The position numbers and the translations under genes were made by a program. A stretch of DNA of 64,000 nt from Takakia lepidozioides (taxonomy: Eukaryota > Plantae > Bryophyta), in assembly GCA_030704615.1 (NCBI GenBank), contig CM060734.1, positions 50,840,001 to 50,904,000 on the forward strand, read 5' to 3'. The notes beneath the pieces were generated by a model. That model made no database searches. It had not been told where the DNA came from and saw only the letters and a list, made by a program, of their open reading frames with translations. The stretch's first letter is position 1. Every line of letters starts with the position of its first letter. Of this stretch, positions 43,471 to 57,320 are shown one piece after another.

Positions 43471-44480
43471 AGCCCATTGCTCCTCCTCCGCGGCGCAATC
43501 GTTTCTAAGTGTTGCGTATACGTGTTTTTCGTCATCTTTGGTGCAGGTGCAGACTTTTCCGGGTGGCTTAGCCTCTCCCAAGATCAGTCTTCCGCCGTGA
43601 TTGTCTGTTTGTGTTGTTGTTGCCTTAGTTCCATAGTTTGGGATCACTTCTCTTTATTGTTCCGTATTAGAAGGACAATTGATGGTTGTTAATTTCATAG
43701 TTCATATGGTTGCATGGTGGTTGGCAAAGGCTATATATCAACGACCATGGTTGTTTCATCGGCGCAGCTCACAATGCGAGTGGCTCCTCTGAGTTCATTG
43801 CTCTATTTGATTTTTCTCTTAGGATGGTTTGCCTTGAATTTGTTGGGGGTGATTTAATATCTATAGGGCTCTTCCTAACGTCGTTTGTCCACTGTTTTAC
43901 TCTGTAATGTCACCCTCTTTCTTCTTGCTTTGCCACTTTGCAGTTGGCATGGACTGTTGTTGTTTTATAGTGACGATGGTTCTTCCTTCTAATCATTTGT
44001 CCGATGTTCTACTTTACTGTCACTATTGTTCTTCTTGACTCCAGTACTAATTCGGGCTCTAATGTGTGGTTTAGTGCGAATGGTTGCCATTCGATCCACG
44101 ATGTAATGTCACTCAGGTTGTTCTTATATTCTTGCTACTTCTGTTCTTTGACTGCAAGCATAACTTCACTATCACCTTTGTTTTTGCCATCTAGATGTAT
44201 TGTCTGAGCCAATTGGGAATTCTATTTGTAAGATAATTTTTTACCCTCTTTCGATTCTGCTAGCGGCCATAAGTGATTTGCTTACGTTTGATTTTCTCTA
44301 ACATCCATTATGCTGACTTAAGCAGTGGAACGTCATGTTTGTCTCTCGACCATCACTCTTCATTCACTTGGATGATTCCATTTTTATGTATTGTTGAATT
44401 CCTCAAGTCATAGTATAGGGTTCATTTGTATATAGAAACCATCCGTTGGAAATTCTTTTTCTCCAGCCTGCAGCACATAT

Positions 44481-45041
44481 ATGGCATGGGTAGGTTGCAA
44501 ATATGGGGTTGACATTGCATGTCGGTCTGCCCACAATTTAGTGATCCGCCAGCGAATCCGTAATTGGGTGGCTGCTGTTCACTATGCAGTCTGGGAGCAA
44601 CGTCCAAGAATGGCGCGCTTACGGAGGTTTGCAGTTTCTCTGCAGAATGGTCGGGTACATCGTAGGCGGCCTATAGCCCAGGGCAAAGATCGGGTCGCTC
44701 AGGGCACTTGGGCTATCCACGAGGCTATCCATCATGTGATCGGCAGGTATATTATAGATCCACAGATCGGCCTGTCCGAAGTGGTGCCATGGTACATCCC
44801 AGGCCTAGAACCCAGGCCACTATGCAGACAGCTTTGGAATTTCTGAAGAAGGTCAAGAAGAGATTGTTAGCTCATGTACCAAGCCTTTCTTGAGCTTCTC
44901 CAGATGTTCAGGAAAGGAATGAAGTCAGTCAATGAAGTGTACCACGGAGTGATGACTCTTTTCCACAACCACCCTGATCTTTTCAAAGAGTTCACTCGAG
45001 ATTGGTACCCACCAAATGGTGGAGTGGACCGTATGGCTTAG
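44481..45041 (+). pseudogene. Single PAH (paired amphipathic helix, Sin3-type) domain gene, frameshifted copy 1
   Basis: ALEFLKKVKKRL / YQAFLELLQMFRKGMKSVNEVYHGVMTLFHNHPDLFKEFTRDW split over frames. N-terminus AVSLQNGRVHRRRPIAQ homologous to 52633-53217. Confidence 0.78.
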
Positions 45042-45106
45042 GAATGATGGCCAGCGGAAGATTGGTGGTCCACTATGGGATATGGTCACCAATTCAATAT
45101 GGTTCT

Positions 45107-48100
45107 TGTTGTTAGTACATTGCGGTAGTAGATTCAATGTTAACACGGGCCATGTTAATGCCACGTAGATACATTACTTGTGGACATATAGATGCCACGT
45201 AGGTTTTCTTTCAAGTTTCCCGCCTATGGACCTCCAGGTTACTTTATCTACTTTGGAAGCTATATAGCATATGTATACCCTATCTGAAATAAGCGCTCTT
45301 TCATCATAGTGTATTTGGTCTTCTTTTGGCTATGGCATCTACAACAGGTTATGGGCCCACGGGTTGACACAGAAGCTGTATCGTAGGAACTTATTTGTCT
45401 GATTCTGGTAAAGCCATTCTTAGACTGTTTAGCAAGAAAGTGTCAGATGCTTAACAAGAAGTTAAACTGTAGTTGTCAGATGCTTAACAGGAAGTTAAGC
45501 TATAGTTGTCCAATTTTAGCTTAGAATTGAGATGGTTTTTTAAGCATAGGTTGATAACTAACTCAATATCTAGATTGGAAGAGATTGTACATCTATTGCA
45601 AAGATGAGTTCTAAAGAGGACGCAGGCAAAGAGTTTGAGACAGTTGACAAGTTTGTCGGTGAGAACTTCCATTTGTGGAAATTCCACATGAAATTTGTAT
45701 TAGAATCAAAAGATCAATTCACCATTGTTTCTGGTGAAGAGAAGTTGAGTGATACTGCTACTGAAGCGGAGAAGGCTGATTGGAGAAGACGTGACAGGAA
45801 GGCAATAGTGACAATTTTGCATTCCATCGATCGATCTTATATGAATCAATTGATCAACTGCACCACTTCTGCAGAGATGTGGGAGATGATGAACACGATC
45901 CATCAGTAGAAGAGAGTATTATGCATTTGCAGGAGAAGTTCTTTAACTGTCGAATGCAAGAAGGAGATTCAGTGTCTTCTTACTACAGTCAGGTTTCCTC
46001 GCTTGGCAAGAAACTAAACGATCTTGGAGAAACAATGAGTCAGAGCTCTTGACTAAGATCAAATGCGGGCTTCCACAGAGTTATGAACCATTACTCTTAG
46101 CGTGGGACAGTGTGCCTGCATGTGAGTAGACGCTGAATGGTTTTCATGCTAGATTGCTTAAGAGAGAGGCTAGCTTGAAGATCTTGAAGGAGAATGAGGA
46201 AGAAAGCGATAAGGCTTTTTATGCAGGGAAGAATGATAAGAAGAAGAACAAGAAGTTCTGAAAAAAAAAACAATTGAAGAGAAAAAGAAGGTAACACAGT
46301 GCTTTAAGTGCGGAAAATATGGGCATTGGGCTAAAGAGTGCAGCTCTAGTTCTTCTAAGAAGACTGATAGGGAGGTATCCACAAGTGAGGTGAACATGAC
46401 CGAGACAAATGTTTTTGTTACAATTGCAGAGATTCTAGAGCATCCAGTGTTTGAGAGTCAAGATTTGAGAGAACCAGGTGCTAAAAAAAACCAACTGTAA
46501 CTACCGAGGAGACTGAAAGTGAGGCAAATTATGTTCATCTTACAAGTCAGGATGAGGCTTGGTTTGCTGATACTGGAGCATCCCAGCACATGACGGATAA
46601 GAGATGTTGGTTTAAGTCCTACCGAGTAGTTCGACCTGGAAGCTGGAGCGTCACAGTAGCAAATGACAACCTAGTCTGGGTGGCAGGAGTAGGGGACATA
46701 GAGATTGTGTCTCTCCTTAATGGTACCTGGCAGGAAGGCATCATTAAAAACGTTCTTTATGTTCCTAAACTAAGAAAGAATATACTATCAGTTGGTCAGA
46801 TAACCGACAGAGGAATTGTAGCTGTGTACCACAAGAGCACTTGCTCTATGTTTTCTCTTACCAGAAAATTAGTCATGACAGGAGTTAAAGATGGTCAGTT
46901 GTGGCGCATGCAGTTCAAAGTAGTTCTCCCTACACAGACAACAAATCTAGTAGTTCTAGAAGACAAAGCCGAACCCGAACGCGATGAACTTGTGAAAAAG
47001 AGAAAAATGCCATGACCTCCTGCTGAGAGTCTTAGTGTATGGCATGCTAGGCTTGGGCATGTTCATTATGACATGGTGAGAAAGATGAATCTCGAAAATT
47101 TGGTCACAGGCTTGCGTCTCAAAGAGACAAACACAGAGAAAGTTTTTTGTGAGAGCCGTGCTAGAGGTAAGAGTTGTAGAACACCATTTCCCATGAAAGA
47201 ACAGAGAGAAAAAACACCATTGCCTGGTGAATTTTATCATGCAGACGTTTGTGGCCAATGAGCACTACATCTCAAGGAGGAGCTCGTTACTTTGTATCTT
47301 TTAAAGATGATTGCAGTAGTTACAGGTTGCTGTACTGCATCAAGAAAAAATCCGATGTTATGGAATGTTTCAAGAAGATGCAGCGAGAGTCTTCAGGTCG
47401 ACTGGGAATCGAGTCATCAAATTACGGAGTGACAGAGGTGGAGAATTCATAAGCAAAGCTTTTAAGGAGTATCTTGAGACTGAGGGAATTCGTCAAGAAC
47501 TCACCACACCCTATTCTCCAGAGCAGAATGGGGTGGCAGAAAGGGACAATCGTACCCTTATGGAAAGTGTATGCTACATGGTTCTGGAGAAAGATATTCC
47601 TCTTTGTTTTTGGGGGGAAGGTGTACAGACAGCGGCATACCTAATGAATCGTGTTGGAACTAGAACACTGAATGGGATGACACCACTACAGGCATGGTGT
47701 AACAAGAAGCCTGATGTCACACATCTCAAAGTGTTTGGCTGCCATGCATTTGTTCACGTGCCTAAACAGCTTAGAGAGAAGCTTGATCCAAAGAGCACCA
47801 AGTGCATTTTTCTTGGATATTGCACTGAAAGCAAGGGTTATAACCTGTGGGATCCAATTAAACAGAGAATTGGGATTAGAAGAGATGTCCTATTCAACGA
47901 AGGTTTGACGGGCTCTGAATTTGAAGCAGCTCCTACAGTATTGCCCAATGCATCGGAAACAGTGACATTCTGGCATAATTATGACAAACCTATGGAGAGG
48001 TCACCACATTCAGTTGAAGGAGTTTACAATGAAGTTGAAAGAGTCCCTGTCAACACCATTCTAGTGAATGACTTGGTGGTGGAGATGCCACTTGAAGCTG

Positions 48101-50480
48101 CTGGTTCTGAAAGCGTCACTGTCAACAGCATTCCAGTGAATGACTTGGTGGTGGAGTTGCCACTTGAAGCTGCTGGTTCACTAGGTGAAAGCAGTAATTC
48201 TGAGACTAGCTCTATCACAAAAAACAATGCTTCCTTGATGCAATCAAACAGTGGGAGTACGATTGCAGAGCCATAAATGTTCTCAAGAGAAAAACGTTCA
48301 CGGAATCCTCCGGAGAGGTATGGGGATTGGATTTCTCTGCCAGGAACTTTTACTTCTTTTGCTGGAGCAGTGGGAGTTATTCTTGAAGAGCCTAAAACAT
48401 ATGAAGAAGCAATTTCTTCTGATCACCGAGAGCAGTGGGAGCAGGCAATGCTAGAAGAATACAAATCGCTCTTGGCAAATAAGACCTGGAAACTTTGTGA
48501 ACTACCTGCTGGCAGACAAGCGGTCAAAAGTAAATGGGTTTATAGAACCAAACTCAAAGCAGATGGGACCATTGATCGTTACAAGGCCAAAGTTGTAGCT
48601 AAAGGCTATTCGCAAACTCATGGAATTGATTACGATCAAACGTTTGCTCCAGTAGCAAAATTTGACTCAATTCGTTCAATCCTATCCATTGCTGCAGTGG
48701 GAGATATGGAACTTGTTCAATTTGATGTCAAGATTGCATTCCTGCATGGAAATCTTGAGGAAGAGATATACATGGAGCAGCCCTTGGGTTTCGTAAAGGA
48801 AGAGGAGTCGAAATTGGTTTGTAAACTGCAAAAAAACATCTACGGCCTTAAGCAGACATCTAGGGCTTGGAATGTCGAGTTTAACAAATTTCTCACTACT
48901 CATGAGCTTGTATCCACGACAGCAGACCCCAGTGTATACGTGAGTCACAAGGAGCCAGTTCTGATCATATCGATTTACATGGATGATGGTCTTGGTGCTT
49001 GCAAGATCAAAACCAAACTGGATCATGTCATCAGTGAGTTGGATAAATTGTTTGGGGCAACGAGTGGACCACCTGATGTGTATATTGGTTTGCACATCAC
49101 CAGGGATCGGTCTCGGGGAGTAATCTACATCGACCAAGTTCAATATATTTTGCGAGTTCTGGCTAAGTTTGGATTTCAGAACGCCAATCCTATGTGTACG
49201 CCAATGGACGCAAATGTGCATCTGCAGATGGTGGATATCTGATGACAATACTGAAAAAGATTCTCCCTATTTTGAGATCGTGGGGAGCTTAATGTTTGCT
49301 ATGCTGGGATCTAGACCAGATCTAGCATATGCGGTGTGCACAGTGGCAAAATTTGCAAATACACCAAAGACCACTCACTGCAATGCAGTTCGTCGAATTC
49401 TTAAGTATTTGAAGGGAACTGCTCACTACAGATTGTGCTATGTGGCTCATTACAAGCCACATGTTTTGCAGGCTTTTGCTGATGCTGATCATGCAGAGGA
49501 TCATGACGATAGACAATCTCGAAGTGGATGTTTAATTATGCTCAATGGTGGACCTGTCACTTGGATCAGCAGGAAGCAACAATGTGTTGCTAGGTCAACA
49601 ACTAAAGCGGAATACGTTGCAGCATCGTTGACCGGCACTAAGGTAGTATGGCTTCGTCGATTGCTTGAAGATTTGGGTCTTTCTCAACCCAGATCTACAA
49701 ATATATTTGGAAACAATCAAAGCGCTATTTGGCTAGTGTTCAATCCAGAATTTCATAGACGGACGAAACACATTGATATTCAATATCATATCATTCGGAA
49801 TTACCAGGAGCGGAAGCTGATTCATATGCACTACATTGGCACCAATGACCAGACGGCAGATATTTTGACTAAGGCCTTGACTCTAGAAAAGTTTCAGCGT
49901 TTTCGGAGCATGATGGGCATGATTGGATGATCAATGAGTGGGAGTATGAAAACTATATGTTACCATTGACTCATCAAGGTTATTTTTGTGGTATGAGGTC
50001 TGACGTTTCTGCAGAAGTTCCATGATGCAGAGGAGGCTAAAAGCTCAGCAGGAGATGTGTTGTACTAAAGCAGGCATCAGTTACTTGTTTGTGGTATTAA
50101 GCGAGGAGGTTTTTGCGGAATATTTTGACACCAAGGGAGATATAGTGGGACTTTACTGAATGGAGTGACTGCCAGAATGAATAGGAGTGTTGTTAGTACA
50201 TTGTGGTAGTAGATTCAATGTTAACACGGGCCATGTTAATGCCCACATAGATACATTACTTGTGGACATATAGATGCCACGTAGGTTTTCTTTCAAGTTT
50301 CCTGCCTATGGACCTCCAGGTTACTTACCCGCGTTGTTCTTTTCTGGTGTGCTTTTTCTTGCTGATTGTTTTCTGCTATATCTACTTTGGAAGCTGTATA
50401 GCATATGTATACACTATCTGAAATAAGCACTCTTTCATCATAGTGTATTTGGTCTTCTTTTGGCTATGGCATCTACAACA
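45107..50480 (+). mobile_element. Full-length, degenerate Ty1/copia element with half-tRNA PBS
   Basis: LTRs 45107-45346 and 50188-50480; TSD GTTCT; PBS GGTTATGGGCCCA. gag, CFKCGKYGHWAKEC, DTGAS protease, integrase SDRGGEF, RT YMDDG, RNase H. Several stops. Confidence 0.97.
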
Positions 50481-52096
50481 GTTCTTGATGCTTGATGCTT
50501 AGAGATTTTTGTAAACTTTGCTGATCGAAGTTCACAGCACATTTCAAGTTTTGACACATTGCACGACTATAGGGACATTGAACCTTTCAGTTTTGTCTTT
50601 CTCAAGTCTCAAGAGCAAGGATCTAAAATTTCTCTAAGTATTTGTTGTTGGGACTTCAATAGGGACTTCAGATTCTATGGCATTTTTTCTGTTTGATGTC
50701 TGAAAAATGCTTTTCTTTTTTATGATGTATGTGTTTTAGATTATACTATTGTTGGAATAGTGAACAATAATTTCGAATCCAGACATTCAAGGTGCAGACA
50801 TCAAATGGTTATTGTTTCTTGCGAAAGGCATATATGTTGAAGCTGCTCAATATTATAATGTAACAACTAACTTAGGAAAATCAGTCTTTGGGTATGTGAG
50901 TACTCTCACAAGTCAGAGATCTATGCATGATCGAATTTTCCAAATTCCTCTTCAATGTCTACAATTGGGTATTGTTCAAATGCATGTGTTTGCCACTATT
51001 ATCTACTAGAAAGTCTGGAAGCTCTTCCAAGTAAGCTTTTTGTAATTTCCTCCACAGCCCCTAAAGACTCAACAAGTCATGAAGACTCTTCCTTTTGACG
51101 AGCTCTTGACAAGGTTATCCACCTAAGGTTCTCTACCAAATTCTGAGATCTATCCTTTTTATCACTGAACTCTGCACACATTACTCAACACAAACATGAG
51201 AATTCAGACAGTTCTCATACTTGTTCACTGGAACATGCATGAGAACTGCAAACAATTGTGACAATGCTTCATTGCCATCTAGACTGGGGCTGGAAACCTA
51301 AACATAGATATTAAGGTGCCTAGAATGCTGACCCAAAAATCTCTGAAGGGAGTGAACTTTCCAAACTTGAGAGGTGAAGACTTCTATAACATTCCATACA
51401 TATTCAGGGATGTAGGGTTACCTTTATGGACGAATTAAGGACGTATAACCTGAATATATAGCCTCCTGCCTAAAATTTTCTTCAAATTTCAATTACTTCT
51501 TCAGATCCTTACTGCTTTAATTTGCAATACGTAAAGAACTGCCAATAGTTTTGGATCCTTGGTATCATTTATCGTGACCTTAAAAGCACAACCTACCACC
51601 CAAGTTTGCAATTAAAGCCCACTAAATATGCTCTACTAGAAGGTGAGCAAACATATAATGAATACACATATTACCAAATTACAGTTAAAATAAAAATAAA
51701 AATAATTAATGTGTCGACTAAGAGTCCACTGCAGGTCACAGCACCATCCCACCCTGCACGGCTGTGCATGTTGAAGGATTGAACCCTGGTTATACACAGT
51801 CAGGGCACTGGGCTGCCCACTAAATAGTAAACTTGAGCATTAGAAGAGTTTCACTACGGAAAGATATCTCAAGTGAGTATTCTATCAACATAGATTGGTC
51901 TTCTAAAGTCTGGCAAAAGTTTGATATGAGCAGCCTCAATATATGTAGGCTTTGGCATAAAAAGTCCCAAAATTCAGAGTTAACCCATTCAATCTTGACT
52001 GAACTAAATGTCTGTCAAGTCATTATTTACTATTCCCACCATCAATAGCAAAGAGTAAAGTTTTTTTTAAACTTCCAGTGAATTTACAGAACCTAC

Positions 52097-52214
52097 TGCT
52101 GAACACACAGACCATCGAGGGGCCAATGGACGGTTAAAGGCACATACTGAAGATTGAACCCAGAATCACCCAGGTTATGCACAGGTTCAAATACCTAACC
52201 ACCGGGCTACCTGC
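52097..52214 (-). mobile_element. tRNA-derived SINE
   Basis: Reverse copy of 57321-57445 with A-box and B-box. A more decayed copy lies at ~51750-51820. Confidence 0.7.
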
Positions 52215-52229
52215 TCAAGTGCCTGCAAT

Positions 52230-54885
52230 CTATAGTGACAGTGGTAATCTAGAAACATAGATCATGAAAAAGAAAAACATTTTTGATGCCAAACATAAAA
52301 GGAAACTTGGGGAATTTGCAGAGTGAAGTCCTGAAGTCCCACAAAATAGAAAAATATTCGTCTTGCACTTGAGAGTCATTAAGAGAGTCATTAACAGGTT
52401 TGAGTCTGCTTAATGTCCCTACAGTTGTTCCGAAACGTATGGACACTAGAGACTTGTGGTGAACTAACTCCGCAGCCTCAACCAAAGTTTACAAAAATCT
52501 CTAGCATGCCCACCCAAAAATGTCAGTGCAACATCCATAGCCAGAAACATTTGAGCACCAATGGAACACCATGCTCCAGTCCCATCATCGCACACCCATC
52601 TTGAGCATCACGCTTCCTTAGACCGTGCGGTTTCAACACCAATCCCGACCAAACTCTTCGAGAAGATGAGCGTGGTTGTGGAAAAGACTGGCCGCCTCCT
52701 GGTACACTCGGTTGAGTGATATAATCCTCCCGCTACGCAGCCGAAGAACCTCCACAAAGGTCTTGTAGACATGCTCCTCACCAGCGAAGCTGTCCCCGAC
52801 CTTCCGTAAGAACTGGAGAGCTCTAAGAATCTGCTCGTGATCGGGTCCATTGCCTTCAGAGGCCTGACTACCGGTCTGTGATGCAGGGGTGGGATAAACC
52901 CGACCATCGCGGGAAGAAGTTTCAGGACTTATACCGCGTCGAGGAGCCACCCTAGAACGGCGCTGGACAGGACCTGTACTGCCTTGAGAGACTTGAACAT
53001 TGGGATGGGCTAGAGGCCTTCCGTGTCGAGGAGCCACCCTAAGACGGCGTTTGACAGGAACTGTAAGTCTGCCTTGAGAGACTTGAACATTGGGATGGGC
53101 TGAAGGCCTCACAGGATGTACTCGATCATTCTGAACAGGCACTGTGCTCCGAAAGCTTACAATACGGCGGCGGAATGTGAGGTGAGCAGCCTCATTGGAG
53201 CGAGATATCAAGCCCATGTCACTCTAAGACCCAACGATGTGATGGTTGTGAGAAAAAAACCTAATTTAATGGCGGTTTATCTATACAAATTGGCCATATG
53301 ACTTTGAAGAATTCACTGTAGTCAAGAATAGCCACTAGTACACAACCATGCCACCATATCAACTAAGTTTCCTGAGCAACCATGAATTGAGAGGAGACAT
53401 TGTAGCAATGAGGATTGACCAATGAGGAGAAAATCACAATCTATGGAACTAAGGCAACAACAAGACAAAGAATCCAACTGTGGAATTGCACAGAAGACTC
53501 ATGATTCACGGGAGAGACTAAGGCCACCAAGGACTGCACTTGCTGGGAGACACTGCGCCACCCCAAGGATCTGAACATCCACAGAAGACTAATGTGAGAA
53601 ACTCCACCACCAAAGACTGACAACAACACTCAGTACCAACACCACTTCAGTACCACAACCATAGTAGCAAAGCGTTAAGAAAAGTGGTGACAGTAAAGGG
53701 AAACAATGAGAAAACCGGGCTAGGAAGAACCTGGCGATACTAATACAGCCTGAGCAATCAAGGCCAACCATCCTACCGGAAAAATCAAATAGAGCAATGA
53801 ACTCAAGGAGCCACTCGCACTGTAAGTGGGTGACCATAAAACCACCATGGTCATTGATATATACCTAGCAATTACGAAACCATGTAACCACATGAGCGAA
53901 GAGGAGCAACTATGAATTGTCCTTCTAATACAAAACAATGCAGAGAGGTGAATATCCCAAACTATGGAACTAAGGCAACAACAACAGAGCACCAACACAA
54001 ACGAACAAACACCACTGGAAGACTGATCTTGGAGAGGCTAAGCCACCAGGAGAAGTCTGCACCTGCACCAAAGACTGACAAAAAACACTACGTACCCCAC
54101 CAAGGAAGTGCACCAAGTGCACCAGAGCACTCAGAAGGCCAATGTCAGAGATTGCGCCGCAGAGGAACTCCACCACAGAAGAGTAATGGGCTGAGGGACG
54201 TATATAGCTAGGCTACCAAGGAACTGCTCCCCCCAAGCCCCGTCGAAGCCGGCGTACATGCCAGAGACGCCAGCCACTGATGCCCGAATATCCTCTTTCG
54301 GTGAAGAATAGTTATGTGACCGAGCATCTCTCTCCCTTCTTTCTCGGTGGGCTTTCATTGCATATATTCAAAGTATCTCTTCTTCCGAGCGTCTGAACAG
54401 ATACGCCTGGATCTTGTGGTTACGAAGAGTTGATCCCAGGACTGCCTCAATATGCCAATGCTGCACGGTTCGCTTAAAGAGACGGTCCCATCCAACAAGT
54501 ATGCTGCAAGTATCTCTGGCTTGCTAGCTCCCCATTATAGTCTTTCCTTCTTGCAGACCAGCTTTTATGATCTCAACTCATGTAATTCCAACCATTCACA
54601 TGTTTTTGTGCTGGTAAGACAAGCAAAGTGAGGCTACTTTGCTTTGAGGTATTGAATACTTATCTGATTGAATTACTAATTTTCATTTCTTAGGTAGTAG
54701 TGGTCGTACTCTAATTGCAATTTGCTGCAGAGATGTGTTCGTGACCTTCCAAACCTTTGCAATTGAGTCTCTCTCACAAACATCCCTCTCACTAGTCACT
54801 TGTGTGGCTGCCAGCTATGTGGCTCCACACATAGCTCCACATTGTTAATTCAGTAGCGCAAATGATCCAGTACTTCATATGCTCT
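52230..54885 (-). repeat. Inverted duplicate of the gene unit at 42876-50755 (copia excluded)
   Basis: Colinear homology of the upstream block, 5' region, ORF and 3' region (gagatttttgtaaacttt; tgggacttca; atgat.tatg..tagatta). Confidence 0.85.
52633..53217 (-). CDS. Small basic protein with one C-terminal PAH (Sin3-type) domain, 194 aa, open copy 2
   Basis: ALQFLRKVGDSFAGEEHVYKTFVEVLRLRSGRIISLNRVYQEAASLFHNHAHLLEEF fits the PAH four-helix pattern. Upstream TATA-like block and downstream region are shared with copy 1. Confidence 0.7.
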   Translation of the reverse strand: MGLISRSNEAAHLTFRRRIVSFRSTVPVQNDRVHPVRPSAHPNVQVSQGRLTVPVKRRLRVAPRHGRPLAHPNVQVSQGSTGPVQRRSRVAPRRGISPETSSRDGRVYPTPASQTGSQASEGNGPDHEQILRALQFLRKVGDSFAGEEHVYKTFVEVLRLRSGRIISLNRVYQEAASLFHNHAHLLEEFGRDWC

Positions 54886-55941
54886 TTGATCTTAATATCC
54901 CCCAAATTAATTTGTTCCTATTAACCTACTTGCTTGCAAAAACAACAAGGAAAGTCATGTGCATTGTGCCCTCTGCTGCCCTCAGACTCCAAGTAGGGAT
55001 TTGTTTTATTAGCCCATCAGCATGGGGAAGTGGTGAAAATGAATCTTGAAAATTCCAGCTTTGAAAATTCAATCCAGGATTTTAACTCATAGATACAATT
55101 AAATAGTAGAGATTCTTTTGAAGATCTGAGCCTATACTGCACAATTTGAAAGTCATCCGAACTCAAATTAAACTTCACATATATATAAGATATCTTAAAA
55201 CTGCAACATCCCTGCTTGAAGACTTACTCAGGCTTAATATTAACAAGAGCATAAAGCTGTAGATAGTCTACTCTAATCATCTACTTTGACAACAATATTG
55301 TACTGATCAATTCAGCTTATTCAGTTTTATTCATATGGAGTCCATACGGTCATCCTCAGCAACTGAAACTTGTAGAAACCTTGAAATCAAACTTCGCATA
55401 AAATATCTCAAAGCTGAGCTTTATAACACCTCTGCATGAGGACCTGCTCCTTACTACATACTAACACTAGGATAGTCATCTATTTGACAATAAGCCATGG
55501 TGGTCAAATCTATCTGTTTGAGCAAACCCTTCAATTATCATCAACCTACGCAGAGAGAGTTCAACCTGAAAGAGATGTGGTTACCTAGGAAGATCGAGGT
55601 CAAACCCAGAGTGATTATACCCTTTAATGAGAGGTGTGAACTAAGAGGAACAACCATGCGGCAACCATGAATTGAGAGGACCGGCCATGACTTGAAATTT
55701 TGTCCTTTTAATACAGAACAACTATGGAACTAACGCAACAACGACGCAAACAAACAAACACCATGGAAGACTGATCTTGGAAGAGCCATCAGGAAAAGGA
55801 GCTGCGGGCCTCTGATGTAGCAGCCAATCACCCTGATGGATAGGATGTGTGCCTTGCCAGACCTGACTACCGCCCTGCGCTATAGGCTGGCACCGCTGTA
55901 CGCTTGCAATCCTTTGCAATTCGTCGGCATTCGTGGGCTGC

Positions 55942-56030
55942 GTGGTGAATCATTGGATAGTGGGCAGCCCGACATGTCAATTGATATGGGGTTGACATGT
56001 CGCTTTGCTCACTATTCGATGATCCATCAC
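55942..56030 (+). other. 39-bp imperfect fold-back hairpin within a 5' fragment of the PAH gene family
   Basis: Arms 55942-55980 and 55992-56030 are reverse complements at 31 of 39 positions. Confidence 0.75.
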
Positions 56031-57149
56031 GAATTTGCCACCGTATTAGTGTCCGAAAAATCCTGAACGGTGCACCATACTTACATCCTCGATCCATTCG
56101 ATGTCATTGTATTTATGTTTGGCTCACCGTATTAGGTTTCCGTAGAGAGGCTTGACTTGATGCTTCCTGGAGGGGATTTTTGCAGCTGGTAGGAGCAGTA
56201 ACCATTGCCTTCCTGGACGTTACATGCAGCCCGCCACGGCGTGTCCTCCAGTTACCGCAATTTTCACGTATGTATTCTAACATGCAGCATCGGATTCCTG
56301 CCTAATTCCTGCAAAATTGAGGTAGAGACGATCTCGTAGATGTTGTGCCGCATGAGCGGGAGGCAATTCCAATTAGAAAATTGGGGCATCCAACTGCTTT
56401 CAGGCTGCTTTCAGCTCTCTCTCATACTCGCTTTTCAATGTCTGTCACATTAATGCTGTCAGTTTTGTGTTTAGGCGCTTTTGAGTTCCAGTTTCTGGGT
56501 ATGTAGTATTATATCAACTCGCTGGGAAACAACTCGGAGCCCTCTTGTTGCTATATTGGCTTGGCTACTTACTTTCGACATTGTAGTTTGCAACATGGTG
56601 TGAGACCAATCATTTGCAAAATTGGAGATGGAAGTGACTCCCCGTGATAGGGCCCGTTGCTCAATTTAAGAAGGTAGGCACAAAAACATAATACAAAGAA
56701 GTTCTTGAGTCTAGTGATAAGCCTTTTTTAAGGCAGTTCCTTAGTTAACGAAGTGTGAATGGTATCTATTGTGTAATCTGAAATCTGTAAGCCAAAGGGA
56801 CCAAATAAAACAGATAAATGGAGGACAATGCCAATGTTTTTAGTGATGTGAGAGCAGGACTATGGAGTGACTGATGCTAGGCCCTTGAAAAACTGGTGAG
56901 CAGGGAATCTGGACACTGGCAGTATTCAACCCCGCATTTCAACATTTTTCTGTGCTTTCTGTTCTGTGCAATCTGTTGACACATCATCTTGCAAATAGGT
57001 TCATGTCATATCAAGCTGCTGCATGAATATAATCATGGAAACTGGGATACTCAAATTGATTTATGACTTCCCCAGTGTTATCTGCAGTCCATGTGCAGAA
57101 GTCGTGTGTCCCGCTAGTAACATTTTCAGCTCAACATTCATATCTCCTG

Positions 57150-57275
57150 TATATCAAGGTGTATATCCCTGTATAGCCCCCGTTGTGATATCCCTGTATA
57201 ACCCCCTTGGTGTATATCCCATATATCCTCAGCGGTGTATATTCATGGATACCCCCCTGGTGTATATCCCCTGGG
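57150..57275. repeat. Low-complexity gtgtatatccc repeats
   Basis: About five degenerate gtgtatatccc units just upstream of a SINE. Confidence 0.7.
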
Positions 57276-57320
57276 TCCCACTTTCCCCACCGACCTAAGA
57301 ATTCCCCGCATACCACTGTA

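Noticed and set aside
48682-49248. 188-aa minus-strand ORF
   Set aside because: Antisense to copia RT; no independent evidence.
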